A DNA stretch of 64,000 nt from Pedosphaera sp. (GTDB lineage: Bacteria; Verrucomicrobiota; Verrucomicrobiia; Limisphaerales; SIBH01). How positions within the stretch are numbered: the first letter of the stretch is position 1; every line of letters starts with the position of its first letter. The notes under the pieces were generated by a model, which was not told the origin of the DNA, ran no database searches, and was given only the letters and a program-made list of their open reading frames with translations. The position numbers and the translations under genes were made by a program. Positions 41,639 to 53,022 of this stretch are shown here, one piece after another. The stretch spans positions 14,698 to 78,697 of the forward strand of contig JANOQV010000164.1 in assembly GCA_031414955.1 (NCBI GenBank), given 5' to 3'.

Positions 41639-42907
41639 TCAAGATGCACCCAGTCTCGACCGGCGGAAGACGCTGATCGTGGCCTTCAGCGAGATGGTGT
41701 AGATCATCAGGCCGAACGCCCAGATGCCGGCCATCATTTTCCACTCGAACAGATTGGGCAGATATTCCACGACTTCGTGCAGGGTGGAGGGAACGAAGCC
41801 GGGGATGATCAGGCCCATGCCTTTCTCAATCCAGATGCCGATGAACGCGAGCACGCAGGCCGTGATCAACATCCAGCGCCGCTCCATGACCTGGGGGCGC
41901 AACATGAGGAAGGCGGCCACGATGGTCATGCCCACGGAGGACCAGATCCACGGCACCAGCGCGTTTTTTCCGTGCAGGCCGAAGTAGAGATAACGCGCCG
42001 CGCCGGTGTGGCTGCCGCCGGTGTAGAATTCGACGAACACTTCCGAGCCAACCATGAGCAGGTTGATGAGGATGGTCACGCGCATGATGTTCAGCAGCGT
42101 CTTGATCGGGCCGTCGCCGAATTGAATCCCGCTCATGCGCCGGATGAGTTGCAGCGCGACGATGATGAAGGCCGGCCCGCTGACGAACGCGCTGGCCAGG
42201 AAACGCGGCGCAAGTAGCGCGGTGTTCCAGAACGGTCGCCCGCCCAAGCCGCAGTAGAGGAACGCGGTCACGGTGTGAATCGAGACGGCCCACAGGATGG
42301 AGAGAAACACGAGCGGCACGTAGAGCTTCGGGTTCGGCTTGCGCCCGAGGAACCGCATGTAGAGCAGATAGCCGCAGATGTGCAGGTTGATGAGCAGGTA
42401 GCCGTTCAACACGATCACGTCCCAAGTCAGCATCGAGAGCGGGAAGTTGAACCGCCCGAGACCCGGCAGCAGATGCCAGAATCGATCCGGCCGTCCGAGA
42501 TCCACGACCACGAAGAACAGCGCCATGACGAGCGCCGCGATGGCGAGCAGTTCGCCGATGATGACGATGTCGTGCATCTCCTCGTCGTGATAGAGGTAGG
42601 CGGGGATGACCATCATCACCCCGCCCGCCGCGAGGCCGACGAGGAAGGTGAAGTTTGCGATGTAGAGTCCCCACGAGACGTGATCGTTCAGGGCGGTGAT
42701 GCCCATGCCGTCCCGCACTTGCACGGCCCAGGCATTGGCCCCGACGAGAAACACAGCGGTCAGGAAAATCATCCAGACGTAGAACCGCCAGTTGCCGTCG
42801 AAGGCTTCCCACAAGATGCGCGCAATGAAGCGCGGATAAGTTTGCGTGTGGCTGGAAAGCCCCGGCTGGTTTGGCGCGGCTGGTGCGGTTGAGACAGGGC
42901 TATTCAT
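41639..42907 (-). CDS. NrfD/PsrC/DsrP-family polytopic membrane subunit
   Basis: VSWGLYIANFTFLVGLAAG, DLGRPDRFWH, SIHTVTAFL, WIEKGMGLIIPGF; about 10 TM segments. Start MNSPVS overlaps the upstream stop. Confidence 0.92.
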   Translation of the reverse strand: MNSPVSTAPAAPNQPGLSSHTQTYPRFIARILWEAFDGNWRFYVWMIFLTAVFLVGANAWAVQVRDGMGITALNDHVSWGLYIANFTFLVGLAAGGVMMVIPAYLYHDEEMHDIVIIGELLAIAALVMALFFVVVDLGRPDRFWHLLPGLGRFNFPLSMLTWDVIVLNGYLLINLHICGYLLYMRFLGRKPNPKLYVPLVFLSILWAVSIHTVTAFLYCGLGGRPFWNTALLAPRFLASAFVSGPAFIIVALQLIRRMSGIQFGDGPIKTLLNIMRVTILINLLMVGSEVFVEFYTGGSHTGAARYLYFGLHGKNALVPWIWSSVGMTIVAAFLMLRPQVMERRWMLITACVLAFIGIWIEKGMGLIIPGFVPSTLHEVVEYLPNLFEWKMMAGIWAFGLMIYTISLKATISVFRRSRLGAS

Positions 42908-43832
42908 CGAAGAAATAGAAGAACTGCGGTTTCGTCCCCAGCTCTTCCTTGAGCACGAAGACGCGTTTGTTTTCCAGCACCCAGCGAATTTCTGATTTCG
43001 GATCGAGCAGATTGCCGAAGACACGCGCGCCCGTCGGGCAGGCTTCGAGGCACGCCGGCAGACGGCCCGCACGCGTGCGATGCAGGCAGAAGGTGCATTT
43101 TTCCATCACGCCCTGCGGACGGATGCGGTTGCTGAGGTAACTCTGATTCGGATTGATCTCGGCCGCCGGTATCTGCGGCTTGGTCCAGTTGAAGCGCCGC
43201 GCATGATACGGGCACGCAGCTTCGCAATAGCGGCAGCCGATGCACCAGTTGTAATCGACCACGACGATGCCATCCGGCTCCTTCCACGTCGCCTCGACCG
43301 GGCAGACGCTGACGCACGGCGGGTTGTCGCACTGCTGGCATTGCACGGGCATGTAGAACTTGTCCGGCTGCGGCACCGGGTGGTTGTAGTGCGCGTTGCC
43401 CTTCTCCATGTCGAACGATCCCTTGGACATCTCCAGCACACGAATGTAACTCTGACTCGAAGGGCGGTCGTGGTTGTTCTCCTGATGACATGCCTCGGCG
43501 CATTTGCGGCAGCCGATGCAGATGGAAAGGTTCAGCGCGTAACCGAACTTCACGCCGGGCTGCGGCTTCGGATCGGCAACCGTTACCGCTGCGCCGTAAT
43601 TCTCTTTCGCGTCTTTCTCGATCCGGTGCAGGACGATGTTCAGGTCCACCGGCGACAGCTCCTTGTAATGCTTCTGGAGAAATTCATCGACCGACTCCGC
43701 CGGTTTCCATTCCGTGAGCGGGGCCAGCGCCTTTGCATAAGCGGCCAGGCCGAGCGTGGCGCCCAAACCTTTGAGCGCGTCGCGGCGGGTGAATCCGCTC
43801 TTCTGTTCCGTAGTGGTCATGGGTGTTTGCAT
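42900..43832 (-). CDS. NrfC/PsrB/DsrO-family 4Fe-4S protein with Tat signal
   Basis: TRRDALK; CIGCRKCAEAC, CQQCDNPPCVSVCP, CIGCRYCEAACP, KCTFC...PACLEACP. Confidence 0.93.
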   Translation of the reverse strand: MQTPMTTTEQKSGFTRRDALKGLGATLGLAAYAKALAPLTEWKPAESVDEFLQKHYKELSPVDLNIVLHRIEKDAKENYGAAVTVADPKPQPGVKFGYALNLSICIGCRKCAEACHQENNHDRPSSQSYIRVLEMSKGSFDMEKGNAHYNHPVPQPDKFYMPVQCQQCDNPPCVSVCPVEATWKEPDGIVVVDYNWCIGCRYCEAACPYHARRFNWTKPQIPAAEINPNQSYLSNRIRPQGVMEKCTFCLHRTRAGRLPACLEACPTGARVFGNLLDPKSEIRWVLENKRVFVLKEELGTKPQFFYFFDE

Positions 43833-44494
43833 CAGTGAACTCCTTTCGCCTTGGGCGGAATGGCCAGGCGGTCGCGGGGCGGGAAAACGGGCCGGGCCTG
43901 CGGATATTTTGGCGAGTGCGGGTCGTGGCAGTTCACGCAGTTGTTCCGGGTGCGCGGACCCTTGGTGAGATCCCAGTAACCGTTCATGCCGCCGTGCGAT
44001 CCGCGCTCGTAATCGCGCATGGCCGTCCCGTGGCATTGCCCGCAGAGAGTCATCACGTTCGCGAACTCCACCGGCTTGCCGGTTGCGAGTTGGAGCGTGT
44101 CATAGTTCCGTGCGTTGTGGCAGCTCAGGCAGGCCAGGTTGCCGTGCGCGAACTTCAGTCCCTGATGAAACTCATCCAGCTCGGCAGAACTGTGCGTCTC
44201 AATGTTTGGCTTCGTCGTCGTGTGGCAGGTGGAGCAAGCCACCGTGGCCGGGGCGCCCTGATGATTCGTGCGACCCGTGGCCACCCGCGGCGCACCGCCC
44301 GCCGCGCGAATCTGAACGGGGAAAAGGGTGGGCGCATTGGTCTTTTCGATTCCGGCCGCGGGCATCACGGGCGACTGGGCGCGCGTGGCCGGCCACGCGG
44401 ACCACCCGAGTGCAGCCAGGGCCAGGGGAACGGCCCAAAATTGTTTCAATCGGCGCTTCACGTGTTTCGCATCGGTTTCACTTTGCTCCGGCAT
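43832..44494 (-). CDS. Tetrahaem c-type cytochrome
   Basis: CSTCH, CLSCH, CGQCH, CVNCH; N-terminal hydrophobic segment; TGATG coupling to the Fe-S gene. Confidence 0.88.
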   Translation of the reverse strand: MPEQSETDAKHVKRRLKQFWAVPLALAALGWSAWPATRAQSPVMPAAGIEKTNAPTLFPVQIRAAGGAPRVATGRTNHQGAPATVACSTCHTTTKPNIETHSSAELDEFHQGLKFAHGNLACLSCHNARNYDTLQLATGKPVEFANVMTLCGQCHGTAMRDYERGSHGGMNGYWDLTKGPRTRNNCVNCHDPHSPKYPQARPVFPPRDRLAIPPKAKGVH

Positions 44495-44544
44495 GTCTAA
44501 GGCAGGGGCACCGGGGATGGCTTCACTCCAGTTGGCCGAGACTG

Positions 44545-44577
44545 ACCATTGGTTGCTGAACGTGAGCAACCGGTGGT
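44545..44577. promoter_or_regulatory. Inverted repeat in the divergent promoter region (candidate operator)
   Basis: ACCATTGGTTGCT-gaacgtg-AGCAACCGGTGGT between the cytochrome and napD starts. Confidence 0.45.
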
Positions 44578-44653
44578 GAGTTCTCGCCAATGCTGGTTTT
44601 GCCCTGGGAAGCGCTCTGGTGGAAATCTCCTTCGCAACGCCGCCGTCAGCGGC

Positions 44654-45010
44654 ATGAACTTCATGCAGATAAACGGATTACTTGTGACGCTATCGCCGGA
44701 GTCAGAACCGGAACGCGAAGCCATCGCGCGCCGGCTCGGCGAGCGGTGTGAACTCACCGTGGGTGAGCTCATCTGCCGCTGGCTACCGGTGGCCATGGAA
44801 GCCACCGACGACGCGCACGCTCGCGAGATCCACGACTGGATCGGCGCGCTGCCCGGCGTCGCTTACGTGGACGTGACGTCCGTGAGCTTCGAGGAGCCAG
44901 ATTTGATGCCCGCAAATTCAGAGCAGCAGCCGAACGCAAGTATCATCGGTGGTCTTCCTGCATCTGCGGGAAAACCTTCCACCCTTCCGGTCTCAGCCCT
45001 CAACGATTGA
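44654..45010 (+). CDS. napD: NapD-like chaperone
   Basis: Small ferredoxin-fold-like ORF (INGLLVTL...LPVAMEA...IGALPGVAYVDV) directly before napA. Confidence 0.65.
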   Translation: MNFMQINGLLVTLSPESEPEREAIARRLGERCELTVGELICRWLPVAMEATDDAHAREIHDWIGALPGVAYVDVTSVSFEEPDLMPANSEQQPNASIIGGLPASAGKPSTLPVSALND

Positions 45011-45015
45011 CGCCT

Positions 45016-47451
<2,436 letters not shown>

Positions 47452-47463
47452 AGACGAATACGG

Positions 47464-48264
47464 ATGAACACGCCAGACATTCACCCACAAAAGAGGGCGA
47501 CATGGGCCATCGGTGGCCTGCTCGTGGTGCTGGCCATCACGGGCTACTTCATGGGCCTCCAGCAAAGCGCGCACATCAGCCTCTCACGTCCGGGGGTCAC
47601 GCCGACCGCCGATTCGATTGCCCGGAACGAAGCCGCATCCAACACTGTTCCTGGCATCGTCAGCTACGCGCAGGTGGATCGGGAGAAAATTGGTCCCAAC
47701 GCCGGGTTCGCCAGTCACCTCAGCACACTGGTCAAGCCCGGTGCCATCGCCGTCATCTCCACCAACGCCACCGAGGAAGAGCGCGCCGGGGTGCTCGCCC
47801 AGCGCCAGTCCCGCCGTGCCTTCGATGGCGCGCCGCCGGTCGTGCCGCATCCCATCCCGCAGGAATCCACTGCGGCGTGCCTGGCCTGTCACGCGAATGG
47901 ACTGGCCATCAAGGATCGCGTCGCGTCGAAGATCAGTCACGCGCCTTACGGCGGCTGCACGCAGTGCCATGTGCCGGCCAAGACCGGGCCGCGCATTTCC
48001 GCCGACCCATTCCTGCTCGCGGCGCTCGCAGACAATGCTTTTACCGGCGCAACCACCCCGACGAAAGGCGAGCGCGCCTTTCCCGGCGCTCCGCCGACCA
48101 CGCCGCACAGCACGCTCATGCGCAGCGATTGCAACAGTTGCCATGGACCGACCGGCCTGTTCGGTCTGCGCACGCCGCATCCCGACCGTCAATCCTGTGT
48201 GCAGTGCCATGTTCCGAACGCCGAACTCGACCAGCGCACGCGGCCCGGTAATCTCAAACCGTGA
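47464..48264 (+). CDS. napB: NapB-like cytochrome c with duplicated dihaem domain (4 CxxCH)
   Basis: Two units RAF.GAPP..PH...CxxCH...H...CxQCHVP; N-terminal TM segment. Confidence 0.8.
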   Translation: MNTPDIHPQKRATWAIGGLLVVLAITGYFMGLQQSAHISLSRPGVTPTADSIARNEAASNTVPGIVSYAQVDREKIGPNAGFASHLSTLVKPGAIAVISTNATEEERAGVLAQRQSRRAFDGAPPVVPHPIPQESTAACLACHANGLAIKDRVASKISHAPYGGCTQCHVPAKTGPRISADPFLLAALADNAFTGATTPTKGERAFPGAPPTTPHSTLMRSDCNSCHGPTGLFGLRTPHPDRQSCVQCHVPNAELDQRTRPGNLKP

Positions 48265-48629
48265 AATACTCACGCCGAGGATTGTTCTCGCTGTTCGCCC
48301 GGCCGCTTCAGTCGCAAGCGGCCACCGCGCGGGCCGTGCTCACATCCGTGGCCGAATCGCCGCGCGGCCTGGCGGCGGTTTCTGATTCGACCGCGGGTGC
48401 GGTGAAACGGGTGGCCGTTCTTCAAGGCCGCCATTGCCTCGCCCTCACGTCGTTCTGCTCGGTGTGCGTGGAACGCTGCCCCGTGCCCGGTGCAATGATC
48501 TCCAATCGCGGCCTGCCGATGGTGGTGGGCGAGGTCTGCACGGGCTGTGCGGTCTGTCATGAGGTTTGTCCCGCTCCCACCAACGCCATCCTGATGTTGC
48601 CTCGCCGTCCGCCACCATCACCTGCATGA
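48261..48629 (+). CDS. NapF/NapG-like small ferredoxin
   Basis: SRRGLF; CSVCVERCP and CTGCAVCHEVCP. Confidence 0.8.
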   Translation: MKYSRRGLFSLFARPLQSQAATARAVLTSVAESPRGLAAVSDSTAGAVKRVAVLQGRHCLALTSFCSVCVERCPVPGAMISNRGLPMVVGEVCTGCAVCHEVCPAPTNAILMLPRRPPPSPA

Positions 48630-48973
48630 GCCATCCCATCCCTCCGGAGCCGGAAGAGAATCAGCCGCCCAAGCTGCCGGACTTGAATCAGGCGCTGCTC
48701 GACTGGCCGGGCGTGGAAGCGTTGCTCCGCGACATCGAGGCCTGCACCGAAGTGACGGAGATCATTCCCAAGTCGGTCGCCCAAGGCTACGTGCCGGAGA
48801 ATGGAGTGTTGACGCTGGCCGAGGCGCGGCAGTTGCTAGCGCAGCGCGCCGTGCGGGCGTTGCAGATTCGCTACCGTCACAACGGCGCTGAATGGTGGGA
48901 CACGCTGATGGTTTTGCCGGACGGCTGGCGGCTGGTGCGCATACGCCACGAGTTTGAGCCGCCAACGGCTTGA
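48626..48973 (+). CDS. Hypothetical protein coupled to the nap operon
   Basis: ATGA overlap; protein-like composition (LQIRYRHNGAEWWDTLM...WRLVRI). Confidence 0.65.
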   Translation: MSHPIPPEPEENQPPKLPDLNQALLDWPGVEALLRDIEACTEVTEIIPKSVAQGYVPENGVLTLAEARQLLAQRAVRALQIRYRHNGAEWWDTLMVLPDGWRLVRIRHEFEPPTA

Positions 48974-48988
48974 GCCAGCGAGGTTTTT

Positions 48989-50269
48989 CTACGTCGGCCG
49001 CCCCACGGAGATGTGTTCCACGGCGGGAATCGGACGGAACGGCGCTTCGAGAAAGCGGTTGGCGTCCACAATCACCGGCTGCCGCATCGCCGGAATCAAT
49101 TCCGGCCACGCGGCGGTGCGGAAGGCGGGCCACTCCGTGCAAACCACCGCCGCCTCCGCACCATGCAAGGCCGCGCCCAGGTCCACCGAGAGAGTGATGG
49201 CTGCCAGTTCCGGCGGCAGTGACTGCACGGCCGGGTCATGCGCCTGGACACGCGCGCCGGCCGCGAGCAGTTGCTGGCACAGTTCCACCGCCGCGCTGCG
49301 GCGGAGCGTGTCGGTGTTCGGCGTGTACACCAGACCGAGCACGGCAATGGTTTTGCCGCGCAGGTCTCCCAGGCGTGATTGCAACTTTCGGAAAGCCCAG
49401 CTCCGGTGCAGATCGTTGCTCTCCTTGATCGCGGGGATGAGCGAAAGCGATTCGCCGCGCGCCGCGCCGAGCTTCGAGAGGGTCACGACATCGCGCGCCA
49501 GCGTGCCGCCGGCAAAGGGGCCGCCCGGCCCGAGATACGCGCGCTGGCCGATGCGCGGCTCGCTCTTGAGGCCGGTAGCGACTTCCTTCGCATCCGCGCC
49601 GACGTGTTCGCAGAGGCGTGCGATCTCGTTGATGAAGGTGATGCTGACGGCGAGGAACGAATTGAGCGCGTGCTTCACCATCTCCGCCGACTCGGTGCGC
49701 ATGAACTGCACTTGCGCGGCGAAGGGCTTGAACAGTTGTTCGAGCAACGCTCGCTTCGCATCGGTGCGAATGCCGACGACGGCGCGGTCGGCTTTCTCGA
49801 AGGCATCAATCGCTTTGCCCAGTCGGAGATTTTCCGGCGAGCAGGCGAAGTGCAGTTGTGGAAATTCTTTCTCCAGCAGCGCGCAACTTCCGACAGGAAG
49901 CTGCGATGAGATCAACACCAGCGCGCCAGCAGCCAGATGCGGCAGCGCACGGCGCGCACGTTCCAAAACGTAAGCCACATCCGACTCGTCGCCGTCATTC
50001 ACCGGCGTGTCGTAGCAAATCCACAACACATCGGCCTGGGCGCAGGCGGCTTTCGCGTCGGTGGTGAACCGCAGTGAATTCTTCGCGAGTCCGGCGGCGA
50101 GCAGTTCATTCAACCCCGGCTCGGAGATGGGCGCGCGGCCTTGCTGCAAATTGCCGACTACGGTGTCATCGAAGTCGAGTCCCGTGACATCGAAGTGTTT
50201 CGCACAGCACGCGGCGGTGACGGAACCAAGGTGCCAGAGGCCGAGGACGGTGATGTGAGGGGAAGACAT
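48989..50269 (-). CDS. UDP-glucose/GDP-mannose dehydrogenase family protein
   Basis: VLGLWHLG, CYDTP, SPENLRLG, ESAEMVKHALN, FAGGTLARD, LGLVYTPNTDTLRRS. Confidence 0.9.
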   Translation of the reverse strand: MSSPHITVLGLWHLGSVTAACCAKHFDVTGLDFDDTVVGNLQQGRAPISEPGLNELLAAGLAKNSLRFTTDAKAACAQADVLWICYDTPVNDGDESDVAYVLERARRALPHLAAGALVLISSQLPVGSCALLEKEFPQLHFACSPENLRLGKAIDAFEKADRAVVGIRTDAKRALLEQLFKPFAAQVQFMRTESAEMVKHALNSFLAVSITFINEIARLCEHVGADAKEVATGLKSEPRIGQRAYLGPGGPFAGGTLARDVVTLSKLGAARGESLSLIPAIKESNDLHRSWAFRKLQSRLGDLRGKTIAVLGLVYTPNTDTLRRSAAVELCQQLLAAGARVQAHDPAVQSLPPELAAITLSVDLGAALHGAEAAVVCTEWPAFRTAAWPELIPAMRQPVIVDANRFLEAPFRPIPAVEHISVGRPT

Positions 50270-50274
50270 GGGTT

Positions 50275-50391
50275 AAGATCCAAGATCCAAGATCCAAGAT
50301 CCAGATAAACACCAAGCCGCCGCGACACGCCCCATCCTAGATCTTGGAGTTTGGATCTTCTCTGGATCTTGGATCTTGGATCTTGGATCTT
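50275..50391. repeat. Palindromic heptamer-repeat element (AAGATCC-type)
   Basis: (AAGATCC)x4 AGATAAACACC AAG ... GGAGTTT GGATCTTCTCT (GGATCTT)x4, filling almost the whole intergenic gap. Confidence 0.9.
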
Positions 50392-51366
50392 TCATCCTCT
50401 CTTCTCGTACACCCACGGATTGGCCCGCAGCCAGTCCAGCGTCCGTCCGATGCCCTGCTCAATGGTCAGTTCCGGTTTCCAACCCGTGGCGCGGATTTTT
50501 TTCGTTTCGAGAAAGATGTAGGGGTTGTCGCCGATCCAGCCGCGTTCGCCGCCCGTGTATTCCAGGCGCGGGTTGAGTCCGAGCGCGCGGCAGAGGTAGC
50601 CGATGGAGTCATTCACCTGCACGTAATGATCGGTGCCGAGGTTGAAGACTTCCACGCGGTGCTTCGCCTTCCTGGCCAGGCCGGCGTTCATGACGTGCTG
50701 CATCGCGGAGAGACAGTCCTGGACGTAGAGATAACTTTTCCGCTGCGATCCGTCGCCCAGCACCTTCAGGTGATCCGGGTGCGCGAGGAGCTGTTGATAA
50801 AAGTCGAAGACATGGCCGTGCGTGTAGCGCTCGCCAAGAATGGAGACGAACCGGAACACGTAGCCTTCGAAGCCGAAGCCCTCGCAGTAGGAGTGAATCA
50901 ACGCTTCGCCCGCGAGTTTGGACGCGGCATAGAGCGAGGTCTGGATGGGAAACGGCGCATCCTCCGGCGTGGGAATCACGGTCGCTTCCCCATAGACCGA
51001 ACCGGTGGAGGAGAAAGCGATGGTCTTGATCCCGTTCGCGCGCATCGCCTCCAGCACGTTGAAGGTGGCGACGGTGTTCTGATCCAAATCCTTCCGCGGG
51101 TGCTCCAGGCCGAAGCGCACGTCGGCGTTGGCCGCGAGATGGAAGACGGTGTCGCAGCCCTGCATGGCGGCGGTGAGGGCGTCCAAATCGAGATTATCGC
51201 CGCGGACCATCCTGAAGTTCGGATTGTTCGACGCGCCCTGGACGAATCGTTCCTGCCCGGTGGAGAGGTTGTCCCAACCCACGACCGGTTTGCCTTGCGT
51301 GAGCAGCGCGTCAGCCAGCGTGCTTCCGATGAATCCGGCGGCGCCGGTGATAAAGATTTTTTCCAA
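50392..51366 (-). CDS. NAD-dependent epimerase/dehydratase (GalE-like)
   Basis: ITGAAGFIGS, HLAANADV, FSSTGSVYG, YAASK; TTG start inferred. Confidence 0.9.
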   Translation of the reverse strand: MEKIFITGAAGFIGSTLADALLTQGKPVVGWDNLSTGQERFVQGASNNPNFRMVRGDNLDLDALTAAMQGCDTVFHLAANADVRFGLEHPRKDLDQNTVATFNVLEAMRANGIKTIAFSSTGSVYGEATVIPTPEDAPFPIQTSLYAASKLAGEALIHSYCEGFGFEGYVFRFVSILGERYTHGHVFDFYQQLLAHPDHLKVLGDGSQRKSYLYVQDCLSAMQHVMNAGLARKAKHRVEVFNLGTDHYVQVNDSIGYLCRALGLNPRLEYTGGERGWIGDNPYIFLETKKIRATGWKPELTIEQGIGRTLDWLRANPWVYEKRG

Positions 51367-51548
51367 GTGTTGTTCCTGTTGTGCCGGCACCCCAACGCGA
51401 GCCGAAGGCAGCGGGTTGAACAAATACCCGTTGCCCCTCCCGCGCCGCCACAAGTTTCTGAGGCAGGCGCGCCGCTCGATCACATCGAAGTTGAACTGCC
51501 CCCGCTTCACTTCTTGGCTTGCTGAGATGGAGTCGGTAGCCTTCCGGC

Positions 51549-52088
51549 GTGCTCATTGCTTTGCGCATTGTCGGACTTTTCAACGCGGCCATCTGGTTTG
51601 GCTCGGCGTTGTTCTTCACGTTTGGCGTGGCCCCTGGAATCTTCTCGGATGAAATGAGAAGGGTCTTTGCCCCGGCGGGCAGCCCGTTGGGCGATTATTA
51701 CCTGGGGGTCATCGCGCAGCATCTGATCGGACGATATTTCACGGTCAACTTGATCTGCGGGGTCATCGCCCTGGCCCATTTCTTCGGGGAAATCATCTAC
51801 GCGGGCCGGCCCTTCAACCGCCTGACGTTTGGGTTGATCGTGGGAATTCTCGGCCTCGGTCTGCTGGCTGGCGCTCTTTTCTCGCCCAAGATCAAGACCT
51901 TGCACCAGGCCAAGTATCGCGGCGCTGTCGAGCAGCGCCCCGCCGCAGCCCAGCAACTTTCCCGGCTCCACGCTGTATCCATGTCGGGAAACCTGTTCAG
52001 CCTCATCGCGCTCGTGCTCTACACCTGGCGGGCCTCGAACCCTTCCGACCATCTCCGCTTCGTCGGCACCCAGAAGTTCCGGGGTTGA
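51549..52088 (+). CDS. DUF4149-like four-TM membrane protein
   Basis: AIWFGSALFFTFGVAPGIF...SRLHAVSM pattern; four hydrophobic segments. Confidence 0.75.
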   Translation: MLIALRIVGLFNAAIWFGSALFFTFGVAPGIFSDEMRRVFAPAGSPLGDYYLGVIAQHLIGRYFTVNLICGVIALAHFFGEIIYAGRPFNRLTFGLIVGILGLGLLAGALFSPKIKTLHQAKYRGAVEQRPAAAQQLSRLHAVSMSGNLFSLIALVLYTWRASNPSDHLRFVGTQKFRG

Positions 52089-52149
52089 CTTTCCCGCTCC
52101 TCGTCCAAGATTACCGTGGCTCCAAAGGCCAAGGGTAAATGGGAATGTT

Positions 52150-52452
52150 ATGAACAACTATAATTCGACCCACGGTTATTCCGGCGGCATGAACTACGGC
52201 GGGATGGGGCAGCCCCGGACGCCTTCGCCCGAGGAAACCATCCGCACGGAAAAGCTTCAAATCGAGCGCAAGTCCTTCCTCGTCGCGCTCAAGGAAAACC
52301 CGCGCGGGAGGTTCCTCCGCATCACCGAGGATGTCGGCGGCCGCCGCGACACCATCATCCTGCCCGCCACTGGGCTGGCTGACTTCAAGCGCATCATCGA
52401 CGAAATGGTGCGTGCGTCGGAAGCGACTCCCAGCAAGACTCCGGCTGAGTGA
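52150..52452 (+). CDS. PUR-repeat (Pur-alpha-like / DUF3276) ssDNA/RNA-binding protein
   Basis: TEKLQIERKSFLVALKENPRGRFLRITEDVGGRRDTIILPATGL matches the PUR repeat pattern. Confidence 0.85.
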   Translation: MNNYNSTHGYSGGMNYGGMGQPRTPSPEETIRTEKLQIERKSFLVALKENPRGRFLRITEDVGGRRDTIILPATGLADFKRIIDEMVRASEATPSKTPAE

Positions 52453-52877
52453 AGCTGTGGGATTGGGCGAAGCGATTTTTCGGCGCGAAAGAACTTCCGG
52501 CGCATCTCCAACGGGGCGCGCTGGGTGAACGCGCGGCCCGGTCCCACCTCAAGAAGCTCGGCCTCAAATTCCTCACCGCCAACTTCCGCTCCGACCGGGG
52601 CGAGATCGATCTCATCTTCCGCGACCGGGACTGCCTCGTGTTCGTCGAGGTGAAGACGCGCTCCTCCGAGGATTGGACCCGGCCCGCCGCCGCCGTGGAT
52701 GCACGCAAACGCCGGCTCCTTTCCCAGTGTGCGCTGGATTACCTGAAGCTGCTCAAGCACCCGCAGGTGAAAATCCGCTTCGACATCGTGGAGGTGCTGC
52801 TGGCCGACGGTGCGGTGAGTGAAATCCGGCATCTGCCCAACACCTTTCATCTCTCCGCGCCGTATCGGTATGGTTGA
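52449..52877 (+). CDS. yraN: YraN family (UPF0102) nuclease-like protein
   Basis: GALGERAA, NFRSDRGEIDLI, LVFVEVKTR, RFDIVEV. Confidence 0.92.
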   Translation: MKLWDWAKRFFGAKELPAHLQRGALGERAARSHLKKLGLKFLTANFRSDRGEIDLIFRDRDCLVFVEVKTRSSEDWTRPAAAVDARKRRLLSQCALDYLKLLKHPQVKIRFDIVEVLLADGAVSEIRHLPNTFHLSAPYRYG

Positions 52878-52885
52878 CACATACG

Positions 52886-52985
52886 AAAGCGGCGCTAAAG
52901 CGACCGCACTCCAAACGCTGGCGCCAAGCACCAAGCGCCTTGACCCGCGCGAAGCGTTTGGAGTGCGGTCGCTTTGGGGCTGCTG
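52886..52985. repeat. REP doublet between convergent genes
   Basis: Perfect 23-bp inverted repeat AAAGCGACCGCACTCCAAACGCT (52897-52919) / AGCGTTTGGAGTGCGGTCGCTTT (52953-52975). Confidence 0.8.
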
Positions 52986-53022
52986 TAGGGCGACGACACC
53001 ACTTCTCACGCTCCTCCTAGAA

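Noticed and set aside
41639..44494. Dissimilatory sulfite reduction (DsrJOP) or nitrite ammonification (NrfA)
   Set aside because: No dsrMK/dsrAB and no pentahaem CxxCK cytochrome in the window; family similarity alone does not establish these pathways.
50275..50391. CRISPR array or simple microsatellite interpretation of the tandem repeats
   Set aside because: Units are 7 nt without spacers and are arranged as inverted arms; no cas genes are present.
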